From Octopus bimaculoides (lineage: Eukaryota), in the NCBI RefSeq assembly GCF_001194135.2, contig NC_069005.1, positions 21,429,013 through 21,493,012 of the forward strand: DNA of 64,000 nucleotides, written 5' to 3'. The notes under the pieces were generated by a model. That model saw nothing but the letters and a program-made list of their open reading frames with translations, made no database searches and was not told the DNA's origin. How positions within the stretch are numbered: the first letter of the stretch is position 1; every line of letters begins with the position of its first letter. Below are positions 25,251 through 36,830 of the stretch, one piece after another. Made by a program: the position numbers and the translations under genes.

Positions 25251-25906
25251 CTTTAGACCATTTCAGGTCAAATTTATGGGGTCGACGATCACATGGATAC
25301 TGCTCTTGAGGGGCTGAAATTCAAGCTAGAATCCAAAGTACTGTATCAGCTGCAGAAGCCCAACTGATCTCTAAGTGAATAAAAACAAAAACACAATGAA
25401 TTACAATAATATTACTAATTCTCTGCATCAAAACACGTGTCGTAGTAAATATCAAAACCCATAAACAAGACCTCATAGATCTTATAAATATTTACACTTT
25501 CTCTTTTAAAAAGAAGTTGCAGGATGTCATGTGCAGTGGTGTTTGCTGTTGTTCACCAACAGGACTGTCAGTGAAACACATTTCTCACCATGTAAAAAAG
25601 ACGAACATATGACGTATGTGTTTATTGTATTTGAAGATGAGGAAAATATAAAGGTTGCATGGGAACCACTGATCTAGCATTTAATTGAATGCTTTTTCGG
25701 CTTACCAAAGTCATACCTTTGTATGAATTCAGACAGTGGTGTTTGCTAGTGTTCACCAATAGTGCTGTCTGTGAAACATGTTTCTCACCATGTAAACAAT
25801 GAGTGTATGACGCATGTGTTTATTGTGCTTGAAGGTGTATATAGGCTTGCAGCATATCCTGTGCATACATTTTAGTAATGGTGATGCAGCAGCCATCCAC
25901 AGATGT

Positions 25907-26287
25907 GGAGGCGCAATGGCCCAGTGGTTAGGGCAGCGGACTGGCGGTCATAGGATCGCGGTTTCAATTCCCAGACCGGGCGTTGTGAGTGTTCATTTGA
26001 GCGAAAACACCTAAAGCTCCACGAGGCTCCAGCAGGGGATGGTGGCGAACCCTACTGTACTCTTTCACCACAACTTTCTCTCACTCTTACTTCCTGTTTC
26101 TGTTGTGCCTGTAATTCAAAGGGTCAGCCTTGTTACACTGTGTCACGCTGAATATCCCCGAGAACTACGTTAAGGGTACACGTGTCTGTGGAGTGCTCAG
26201 CCACTTGCACGTTAATTTCACGAGCAGGCTGTTCCGTTGATCAGATCAACTGGAACCCTCGACGTCGTAAGCGATGGAGTGCCAACA
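25907..26287 (+). mobile_element. Full-length family-C SINE
   Basis: Near-identical to 10733-11116. Confidence 0.9.
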
Positions 26288-26804
26288 CTATTACTTGAGT
26301 ATATATTGTATTTATATATTCATTAGTAGCAGTAGTAGTTAAAGTTTCTGCAAGTCCATTGTTTTGCAGTTCAAAGTCTCAATTCACCACTGAAAAAAAC
26401 TTTGCTTTTCTCCACTCCTGAGTTTATTTTGAAGTCAATAATATCTGAGCAAATATAAAACCAATTTAATCATTCACTAGATATTATATCCATTGTACAG
26501 TTTTTTTTTTCTGTTATTGCTGTTAATTTCTTTCATTATGCTATATCATTTTGTTAGCAGTATGCAAATGGTTTTGGCGGGTCTGTGGTTTAATATTGAT
26601 TGCATTCTTCGCATCCATGATTAATTCTCCAATCCTTTCCATTCTTTTAGATCGATAAATGTTCCTTATATGTATTGCTTAATTTGTTGACATACCATTA
26701 ATATGATTAAACTGAACATTAACTGTTACAAATGTCCAATATAGTAGCTTTTCTTTTTTTTTTTTTTCTACCATATATATTATATTTTTTCCTATTCTTT
26801 TCAG

Positions 26805-26871
26805 ACAAGGCTGAACATATACAGCTTCAGTAAACGTTTTTCTGGTTCCTGGGGTAATTGCGATTGCGAAG
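26805..26871 (+). CDS. ZCWPW1: ZCWPW1-like gene, internal exon
   Basis: Acceptor cctattcttttcag, donor gtaaga, 67 nt, phase 0-1, TRLNIYSFSKRFSGSWGNCDCE. It continues in frame from 9118 and resembles the recalled ERVNLFGFWSRF segment of ZCWPW1. Confidence 0.7.
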
Positions 26872-27109
26872 GTAAGACTAATTCAATTCTCTTCGTTAAT
26901 TCATTCTCAAAATTGTAACATATGGCTAGATGCAGGCATGACTGTGTGGTTAAGAAACTTGCTTTGCAATCACATGGTTTAAGGTTCAGTCCCACTGCAC
27001 AGCACCTTGGACAAGTGTCTTTTACCATAGCCCTATGCCAACCAGTGCCTATAGAGGGAAATTGATAGGTGGAATCTACAGCACATTTTCATTTTAATAA
27101 AGTTGTAAT

Positions 27110-27181
27110 TTATGAAGTAGTAGTCGTGGATTTGCTCTGTGGTAAATCTGATGATCTACCATCTTCAGCAAGTAGATCAAG
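27110..27181 (-). CDS. Candidate terminal exon of the - strand gene
   Basis: Acceptor aataatttcag; phase 0 gives LDLLAEDGRSSDLPQSKSTTTTS*; ATTAAA follows shortly after the stop. Confidence 0.4.
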   Translation of the reverse strand, partial: LDLLAEDGRSSDLPQSKSTTTTS

Positions 27182-27719
27182 CTGAAATTATTTTTTTTAA
27201 ATCTAAGACATTTTTCATTTTTTACTTGTTTCACTCATTGATATGTAGTCATGCTGGGGACAGTGTCTGGACGACAGGTTTAGTTGATTAAATCAACCCC
27301 AGTACTTATTTTCAAGTCTGGTACTTATTGTATTAGTTACTTTTGCTGAACTACTAAGTTACAGGGATGTAAACAAACCAATACCAGCTATCAATTGATT
27401 TGGTTGGACAAACACCAAAGACGCACACACACACACATCTATCTACCTACCTACCTACCTACCTACCTACCTACCTATCTGTCTGTCTGTCTAGGCACAG
27501 ACATGGCTGTGTGGTAAGAAGTTTGCTTCCCAATCACATGGTCCTGTGTTCAGCCCCACTGCATGGCATCTTGGGCAAGTGTCTTCTACTATAGCCTCGG
27601 GCCGACGAAAGAATTGTGAGTGGATTTGATAGGCAGAAACTGAAAGAAGCCTGTTGTATGCATATATTTATATATATATATATACATATATGTGTGTGTG
27701 TGTGTGTATGTATACATTT

Positions 27720-28520
27720 ATGTGTAAGGCTTGAAAGAAATGAAGTTAGTATTCTTCGCTGGATGTGTAATGTCAGTGTGCATGTTCAACAGAGTGTAAG
27801 CATCTTGAGAGAAAAATTGAGCATAAGAAGCATCAGATATGGTGTGCAAGAGAAACAACTGCACTGGTATGGTCATGTGATGCATATGGATAAGGACAGC
27901 TGTGTGAAGAGATGTCAGTCTCTAACTGTGGAGGGATCCTGTGGTAGAGGTAGACCCAGGAAGACATGGGACGAGGGGAAGCATGATCTTCGAACTTTGG
28001 GCTTCACAGAAGCAATGATTAGTGATTGAGATCTTTGGCGATATACTGTGCTTGAGAAGACCCATCAAGCCAAGTGAAATCATAGTCATGGCTGATGCTG
28101 GTGTCACGTAACTGGCACCCGTGCCGGTAGCATGTAAGGAGCTCCTTTCAGGCATTGGGCCTCATGGAGGCAAAGTGGCCAATGTTGGTGGCACATGAAA
28201 AGTTCCTTTGCAATGTTGGGCCTCACTGAGGTAATGACTGAGACCTTTGGCATGATGTCATGCTTGAGAGAAAGACCCATGAAGCCAAGTAAAATTGTAG
28301 TTGTGGCAGATACTGGTGTCACGCAAAAGGCACCCATGCCAGTGACATATAAAAGCACACATCACACTCTCGGAGTGGTTGGCATTAGGAAGGGCATCCA
28401 GCCATAGAAACCATGCCAAATAAGATTGGGGTCTGGTGCAGCCTTCCAGCTTGCCAGTCCTGGTCAAACTGTCCACTCCGTGCCAGCATAGATAACAAAT
28501 GTTAAATGATGATGATGATG
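27720..28520 (+). mobile_element. RTE-type LINE 3' region with tail
   Basis: LERNEVSILRWMCNVS...LHWYGHVMHMDKDSCVKRCQSLTVEGSCGRGRPRKTWDE is a typical RTE C-terminal region. Confidence 0.85.
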
Positions 28521-28708
28521 ATATATACATATGCAACAGGCTTCCACACTCATAGTTTTTGTCTACCAAATTCACTCATATGGCATTGGTCAGCCGAGTA
28601 GAAGATATTTGCCCAAGGTACTTGAAACCATGCTTCTTATCCACACAGCCATGTCTATTAATAATTAGTTACAAGTAAGTCCTGTACTTATTGAGTTTTT
28701 TAATCTTT

Positions 28709-28710
28709 TT

Positions 28711-28782
<72 letters not shown>

Positions 28783-28802
28783 TTTTTCTTTCTTTCTTTC
28801 TT
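28709..28802. repeat. (TTTC)n microsatellite
   Basis: Direct reading; it lies about 40 bp upstream of the 28843 acceptor. Confidence 0.95.
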
Positions 28803-28842
28803 TATGTAAAATTTAATATCACTAAATTTCTATATATTTCAG

Positions 28843-28886
28843 ATTGTGATAAAAATGAAACAATGGATTTATCAGACAGTTGCTGA
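28843..28886 (+). CDS. ZCWPW1: Probable terminal coding exon of the ZCWPW1-like gene
   Basis: Acceptor tttctatatatttcag; phase 1 is compatible with the previous exon; (D)CDKNETMDLSDSC*; AATAAA signals near 29164-29176. There is no homology support for the peptide itself. Confidence 0.5.
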
Positions 28887-29231
28887 ATTAGTATTTTGTG
28901 TTTGTATTTCTGTTTTTCAGTTAAAACCGTTTATTTTTTTAATGGACATTTCTATTTTCTTGTCTTTTTATCACCTCCATTTCACCATTCCATATCTCAA
29001 CACAGAAATGAGTTTCTCATATTTCATAAACTACGTTGCATTTGTTTATCTCTGTTTTTCTTTCATTTCATTTTTCTTATCTTGTTTTTGTCTCCTCCTC
29101 TATTTGAACAGACAATATTTCATGTTAATATTTATATGAATATATATATTTTTAGTAAAAAATAATAAACAATAAACACTGGAATCAGTTCTTATGTGTT
29201 GAATTTACATTTTTCTTTTTTGTAATGTTAC

Positions 29232-29265
29232 ATAAATGTGTCCATTTGAATGATTTTGGTAGTTT
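29232..29265 (-). CDS. Candidate internal exon of the - strand gene
   Basis: Acceptor ttctcctgctttgcag, donor gtaaca, 34 nt, open in all three frames (e.g. NYQNHSNGHIY). Confidence 0.25.
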
Positions 29266-29836
29266 CTGCAAAGCAGGAGAATGTTTGTATGCCAACAATT
29301 TAATCGATTGAGTCAATGTAAACATTTAGACATTATCATCAACATTTAACATCCATTGTCCATGCTGGCATGGGTTGGACAGTTTGACCAGGGTTGGCAA
29401 GCTGAGGGGCTGCACCAGACTCCAGTCTGATTTAGCATGGTTTCTATGGTTGGATGCTCTTCCTAACACCAACCACTCCAAGAGTTTAAATGGGTGCTTT
29501 TACGTGCCACCGACATATGTGCCAGTTACATGCCACCAGTATCTACCACATCTATAATTTCACTTTGCTTGATGGGTCTTCTACTCAAGCACAGCATGTT
29601 GCCGAAGGTCTCAGTCATTTGTTATTGCCTCCGTGAGGCTCAGCGCTCAAAAGTGCTTTTATATGCCACTGGCACAGGTGCTAGTTTCCAAATCTTGCTG
29701 CATTTCAAATGGAATTTTTGGCCCTCCAAAGTCATCTTGGTGTATAAGTCAACCTATCCATTTTGGCTGTAAATTTTAGTCTGAAAAATTTGACTTGCAT
29801 ACTGGATATATTGCAAAATCCATTATACCAAGTGCA

Positions 29837-30077
29837 GCAGAAAGGTTGCCCTGATTTCAAAGGTTAATAAAAAACAAACACATGAAGATACAAGAAAAAA
29901 CAAACTCTTCAACAACAAATGCACGATGCTCTCCACTCCATGCCATGGTGGGTACTACCTGAAACAGGAAAACAAAATGGCACTTAATGAGCTTCATAGA
30001 AATACAAAGTTTTTCCATGTATCTTCATGTGTTTGTTTTTTTTTTATTAACCTTTGAAATTAGGGCAACCTTTCTGC
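29837..30077. repeat. Inverted repeat (about 56-bp arms)
   Basis: 29837-29892 pairs with 30018-30077. Confidence 0.85.
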
Positions 30078-33000
30078 CTCACCCTGTACTTGCTACAATT
30101 ATTATACTGTGTAGTGGTGCTCAAATCTGCTTCAAAACAATGTCTTTTCAACTTCAATCCCACTACACATTACTTGGGACAAGTATTTGCTTTCTATCAT
30201 AGCCCTTGGGTTCATAAAGGCACATGGTTCAGTGGTTAGGGTATTCAGCTCACAGTTGTAAGGTCATAAGTTCAATTCCCATGTTGTGTCCCTGGGCAAG
30301 ATACTTTCTTTCACGTTGCTCCAGTCCACTCAGCTAGCAAAAATGAGTAGCACCTGTATTTCAAAGGGCCAGCCTTGTCACATTGTGTCACGCTGAATAT
30401 CTCCGAGAACTACATTAACGGTATGCATGTCTGTGGAATGCTCAGCCACATGCACGTTAATTTCATGAGAAGGCTCTTCCGTTGATTGAATCAGCAAATG
30501 GAACCCCTCCTTGTTGTAACTTAAGGAATGCCAGTACAAATACAAGTATGTATGTATACACACACAAATCTAAAAACCAGATAAAGATCAGGTCCTACCA
30601 CCACTCCCACACATTAGGATATGATATGGTTTCATTAACAAATTGATACAAATTGATATTTTGATGAAGTACAAAACTTTTTTTTTTTTTTTTTTTGCAG
30701 AATGGACACTAGCATAATACTGATATTTTATTAATTCTATAAAGATGTAAGGCAAAGTTCATTGTGTCAGGATTTGAACTCAGTACATCAAGACTGAAAG
30801 TAAATACCACAAGGTATTTTATTTAGTCCACCGCTCTATAATTTCTGCCAACTCACTGACCTTAAAAGAAAATTAAATATTAATGAGAAATTTAATATTA
30901 ATATTTGTTCGTATTCTATAGATTTCTACTATTTAGTTTCAATTGGACCTAGTTAGTGATCATTTATAGAACTCAAAAGAATTATTTGGCAGCTTGAGGC
31001 CAACTTGGGATAATGCAAGAACTAATAAGGAAACTGCTGTATGGCTACTAATTTGGGGTTATTGAAAAAATAGAACATATAAATTGATTTTTGAAAGGTC
31101 AAAAAAAAAACCATCTCATAAAATAAAAACATCCTCAATGCTTTCACTTTTCAAAAGATATATCGATATATCTTTTATCTTTTTCTAGTTTCAGTCATTA
31201 GACTGTGGCCATACTGGGGTACCATCTTGAAGAATTTCTGGTTGAACAAATTGACCTCAGCACTTATTTTTTTGGTGGGGATTTTAAAGCCTGCTAGTTG
31301 TTCTGTTGATCTCTTTTGTTAAGCTGCTAAGTGATGGGGATGTAAACAAACCAACTCCAGTTTCCAAGGAGTGGATGGGGTGGGGTGGGGAAAACACAGA
31401 CGCAAAGAAAGAGAGACATACATACATATAACAAGATTCTTTCAGTTTCTTATTTCTTTATTGCCCACAAGGGGCTAAACGTAGAGGGGACAGACAAAGA
31501 AATTAAGTCGATTACATTGACCCCAGTGCGTAACTGGTACTTATTTAATCGACCCTGAAAGGATGANNNNNNNNNNCCCAGTGCGTAACTGGTACTTATT
31601 TAATCGACCCTGAAAGGATGAAAGGCTAAGTCGACCTCGCCAGAATTTGAACTCAGAACGTAAAGACAGACAAAATACCACTAAGCATTTTGCCCGGCAT
31701 GCTACTAATGTTTCAGCCAGCTTGCCGCCTTTGGTTCCTTTCAGTTTCTGTCTACCAAATCCACTCACAAGGTTTTGGTTGGCCCGAGGTTATAGAAGAA
31801 GACACTTACTCAAGGTGTCCTGCAGTGATACTGAACCTGGAACCATGTGGTTGGGAGGCAAACTTCTTACCACACCGCCACACCTGGACTTATATCTATA
31901 CTTTAATTGATTTTTTTTTTTTTTCAGTTATTTGATACTAATAAAACTCTACATGATAGCCATTTACCTCTAAGCAAGGTGCAGAACCCCATCTTGCATC
32001 AGTTTGTTAACCGCTCCTACTTTAGAACTAAGTGGTTTGCAAAAGAAAGGATGAGTGTTGCATGCAAGCAACACTGTATCTCTGTGGTTAAGAAGTTTGC
32101 TTTGCAGCCATGCAACTCTGGATCTGATCTGAGTGTGTCTTATTGAGTCATCCATTGATTGATCAATATTCTGTGAGCGAAATTTTGTAGGAGGAACCTA
32201 CGTAGATATTCGTTGTGCAGATGAAAGGCAAAGTCGACCTTGGCACAATCTGAATTCAGATGATACAACCAAAAGAAATGCCACTAACCATTTTGCCTAG
32301 TTTACTCATGATTCTGCCAGCTTGCTGCTTTAATAATGGTTCCAGATTTTTTCCACAGGGGCAGCAATTTTCGAGGAGGGGATGAGTTGATTATATTGAG
32401 CCCATTGTTTCGCTGGTACTTAATTTATTGACCCCCCCCCCCCCGACTACAGGTATCTTTGCCACTATCACCTGTATGATTGATACCCTCTACTGTANNN
32501 NNNNNNNNNNNNNNNNNNNNNNNNNNNNNNNNNNNNNNNNNNNNNNNNNNNNNNNNNNNNNNNNNNNNNNNNNNNNNNNNNNNNNNNNNNNNNNNNNNNN
32601 NNNNNNNNNNNNNNNNNNNNNNNNNNNNNNNNNNNNNNNNNNNNNNNNNNNNNNNNNNNNNNNNNNNNNNNNNNNNNNNNNNNNNNNNNNNNNNNNNNNN
32701 NNNNNNNNNNNNNNNNNNNNNNNNNNNNNNNNNNNNNNNNNNNNNNNNNNNNNNNNNNNNNNNNNNNNNNNNNNNNNNNNNNNNNNNNNNNNNNNNNNNN
32801 NNNNNNNNNNNNNNNNNNNNNNNNNNNNNNNNNNNNNNNNNNNNNNNNNNNNNNNNNNNNNNNNNNNNNNNNNNNNNNNNNNNNNNNNNNNNNNNNNNNN
32901 NNNNNNNNNNNNNNNNNNNNNNNNNNNNNNNNNNNNNNNNNNNNNNNNNNNNNNNNNNNNNNNNNNNNNNNNNNNNNNNNNNNNNNNNNNNNNNNNNNNN

Positions 33001-33459
33001 NNNNNNNNNNNNNNNNNNNNNNNNNNNNGACTACAGGTATCTTTGCCACTATCACCTGTATGATTGATACCCTCTACTGTATCACTACTACTGTGCTATT
33101 ACTTTGTGGAGGTGTGTGTATAGAGAGAAAGCAATTTCTCAAAAGCAGATTTCATCATCATTTAACATCCATGTTTCACACTAACATGGTTGGATGGTTT
33201 GACAATGCAATCCTTGCATCCAATGGACTCAAGGACTGCATTGTGCTCCAGTTTCTCCTTTGGTATAGTTTCTACGACTGGATGCCTTTCCATGTACCAA
33301 CCACTTTTCATTATGAACTAAGTGTTTTTCTCCTGCCACCAGCACAAGTGAGGTAGCTATGCAGTTCTGAAGACTACAAATCTCAAGTCTTATGAGATTT
33401 TTTTTAAGGTAAGAGGTACAGGGTGTGTGATAAAATTATTAAGTTAAGACTAACCATAA

Positions 33460-34020
33460 GTAACACAAAGGCAGCATTTATCTCGGCATATGCCCCACTG
33501 GCAGGACTACTAGAAGAACAGAAGGATCGTTCCTCTGAGACACTACTGCAACTTACCTCAACAACAAGTAATTGGTGGTGGCCACATTATTGTAGCTGAT
33601 GACTTCAATGGATATTACTGAGTAATGGCTTTCATGATGTACATGGAGGCTATGGTCACAGCACAAAGGATGAGGCTTCTGGAGTTTTGCAACACACTCT
33701 GTAAGAAACCAGCCGACCACCTCATCACCTATCAATCTGGCAAGCACACATGTTAAATTGATTACATTCTCATCAGGAAATGGGACAGAAATGTCACAGT
33801 GAATACCAAAGCCTTTCCTAGTGAAGAATGAGCCATGCAACATAGGTTAGTGGCTAGTAACTTTTGTGTCGGAGTTAGGCAGGTACAGAAAAGAAAAACA
33901 ACATGGAGAAGGAAGATCTGGAAACTAGAAGATCCAGCTATTGGGAAGAGGAATTCTAACTGACACATATGAATGTTGGGAAATAGATTTATATACCTGC
34001 AGCATAGACAACAACCAGAG
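33460..34020 (+). mobile_element. RTE-type LINE, APE endonuclease fragment (degraded)
   Basis: Remnants of SAYAP, IIVADDFNG, GFHDVHGG, LLEFC and IDYILI motifs. Confidence 0.75.
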
Positions 34021-34221
34021 CAAAGTCCTAGCCAAGCCAGAAGAACATGATGTTGGAGTGATAAGGTTAATAGGCATGACCTGATAATTTGATTACAAGA
34101 TGATAATGTGATCTTAAGATGACAGTAAAAGGTGTTTGCTATTATGTACATTTAAAAGTACTTTTGGCAATGTTTACAGATTAAAATGTTTTATTATTAT
34201 TATTATTACTATTATTATTAC

Positions 34222-34256
<35 letters not shown>

Positions 34257-34259
34257 GAT

Positions 34260-34470
34260 GTCGCAGAGTATACAATATCGTGAGGTTGTTGATTGAAGAT
34301 ATTGTGTCTACTGGGGGTTTGTACTATTTGTCAAGTCACAACAAAGACCTCAGATAGACAGTACTTTATGAAATATGTGTGCAGTTCCAAGTAATACTGA
34401 CTTTTGCAATACACCTAGATTGTAGGGTATGTCTAAAGTTTTCAGATGTTTTTTTCAGATTTGGTGGTAT
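34260..34470 (-). mobile_element. R4/Dong-like LINE 3' end, second copy
   Basis: Colinear with 35290-35480; flanked by (ATT)n. Confidence 0.6.
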
Positions 34471-34739
34471 CATTATTATTATTATTATTATTATTTTCAT
34501 CTCCATGACCACCATTTAATGTATTTGATCGGACTAATCAGGTTCTGTCCATTAATTTAACTAAGAAGGAAAGTAAATCACTCTCTGGAGAATTATTTTA
34601 CATGTCTACGTCTCACAGAACACTTCTGTTGCTATGGTAACAATAATAATCCACTCATCCATAGAGAAAAGAACAAAACAAAACAAGACAATTTGATGGT
34701 TAATGCTTTGTGTAATTTAACAACACAGATTTTTCAAGG

Positions 34740-35290
34740 TTTGTGTCCTTCAGTAACTGTTTCACATATGTTTGACAAGATCTGCTTTCTTTCTTTCACT
34801 ATATTCAAGTTCTCAGAGTAATAATTCATCTTTTCTTTGCCAACAGTGTACCATAAATTTATATCTGAGTTGATAGTTTCTGTTAATAATGGTACATTTC
34901 CATATAGTATGTTATTCGGTAAATGTAGTCTGCACATCTAATTTCATTTCCTTCCAGTTTTCTTAAGTCTTCTGCATTCAAGGCCCATGTCTCACTAACA
35001 TGCAACATTACAGTTCTAATACAAGCATCATACCAATTTCCCCTTCACTTTTAGTGGTAGTAGCACCCTGAACTTTCTCCAACCAGCTCTCACTCTAGCA
35101 GCTATACTTTCAGAGCAACTGCCTCCCTTGCTAATTACATCTCCTATGTAACAAAAGTTATCAAATACTTCTAACGAGCCATCTGGGCATTTAAGAGACT
35201 CAATTCCAGGTGTGCTTGTACATACTGCTCCAGTGTATCTATGGCATATGAAGTTTACATCCTCAGATAGCTTACCAACTCTTATGTCCA
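34740..35290 (-). mobile_element. RTE-type LINE, post-RT fragment
   Basis: FCYIGDVISKGGSCSESIAARVRAGWRKFRVLLPL, then SETWALNAEDLRKL and NIVKERK. Confidence 0.8.
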
Positions 35291-36350
35291 CCAGGGGTTT
35301 ATGTCCACCGGGAGTTCGTGCTGTCTGTCAAGTCTCAACAAGGACATCAGATAGACAGTACTTTACACAATATGCATGTAGTTACAAGTAATGCCGACTT
35401 TTGCGATATACCTAGATTATAGGGTACTTCTAAAGTTTCCAGATGTTCTTTCAGGTTGGGTGGAATTGAACCTAATGCTCTGATGACAGGGACAAACTTT
35501 ATGTTTGATTCTCATAGCTACCACATCTTAGCAATCTCAATTCTCAGGTCTCCATATTTATCAATCTTTTCTCTTTCTTTCATGATGATGTGTTGAGCTC
35601 CTGGCACTACTACATTGATTATTAGGCAGTGCCTTCAGTGCTCTAACATCTTGTCTGTCTGGAAGTCAAAGTTCCAAAAGAATTTTGCCTTCCCTTTTTC
35701 ATCCATTACCTTTTCCAGTGTATGTTGGTACCAAGCACCTGTAACCTCATATCCATACTTATGGCATAATAGCCAGTGGAAGTTTTGGGCTACCTTGTCA
35801 TGTCTGTGTGTGTACTCTTTCTGAACAAGACTTTCACATGAGTTGGTATTCAATGCCTGATCCTGGGCAGCAATGATTAGGCTTTCAGTCTTCCTTTTTT
35901 GGTCACCCTTGCTGAGCTGTCTCCATGATGGTATTTTAAGTTGTTAGTTTCATGGTGGAACTGACCATGTAATTCCATGCAAAGTAGGGTCTCTTCTCTC
36001 TCGTTGGCTATTTGTGATCAGAATTCATCAGCACTCTCAAGACCATTTTTGGTAAACTTTTCTGCATTAGCAGCATACTGTAGCAGGTCTTGTTTGCTAT
36101 TTACCAAATATTCTGCCATGTTTCTTCTTTCACTGTTGATGCACTCCCGTATGCTAATCAGCCCACGTCCACCTTTACCCCTCTTCATGAAGAGACTGTG
36201 TACATTTGCCTTTGGGTGGAGGACACCATGCATTGTCGTTGTCTTTCAGGTAGTGCGATTGAGTTGGTTAATCTCTGCTTATTTTTGTCTTTTTTTTCAA
36301 TGTTTGTATGGTGTTTGTTTTCAAATTATGCAGTTGTCTGTCATCATTAG
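35290..36350 (-). mobile_element. R4/Dong-like non-LTR retrotransposon 3' part (restriction-like endonuclease), degraded
   Basis: LHPKANVHSLFMKRGKGGRGLI, AAQDQAL, RHDKVAQNFHWLLCHKYG and WNFDFQTDKMLEH motifs. Confidence 0.85.
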
Positions 36351-36439
36351 TTAAACAACTTATAACTTTTAGAAGTTGGATTGGCCCTTAAAAAGATTGA
36401 ATAGGATCCTTTTACTTGGCACACTCATAAGCATGACTA

Positions 36440-36830
36440 TGAAAACCAACTATGTCCATTTCCAGGCTGAGGAAAGCAAACTGTCAAAGTATCGGTTACT
36501 CTCTGACAGGTTTATGGTTGAGCCTATGGCAGTGGAGACCTCTGGTACCCTCATATCCCTATTCACTGCTATCAGAGCAGGGTTGGCTATCCACAAGTGC
36601 AAGCCCTGTGAGTCTCAGGTTTATGGTCGAGCCTGTGGCAGTGGAGTCCTCAGGTGTCCTTGACTCCTGGACCATATCCCTGCTCACTGCTATTTAGGTG
36701 GAAGTAAGTTCCAAGAGCCAGAGCGGATATTCCAACGCATCTCCTTCGCCCTCCAGGACAACGTTTTTTCCGTTTTGTCTGCTGGGACCATGAAGCAGTC
36801 TGAATTACAGGAAATTATGTTCCACTCCTT
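36440..36830 (+). mobile_element. CRE-like non-LTR retrotransposon endonuclease fragment with internal duplication
   Basis: KLSKYRLL..F..EPMAVETSG, repeated as EPVAVESSG, then IFQRISFALQ. Confidence 0.65.

Noticed and set aside
32444-33112. Identical 55-bp sequence on both sides of a gap (a similar case flanks 31567-31576)
   Set aside because: Most likely an unmerged contig overlap; cannot be distinguished from a collapsed tandem array here.
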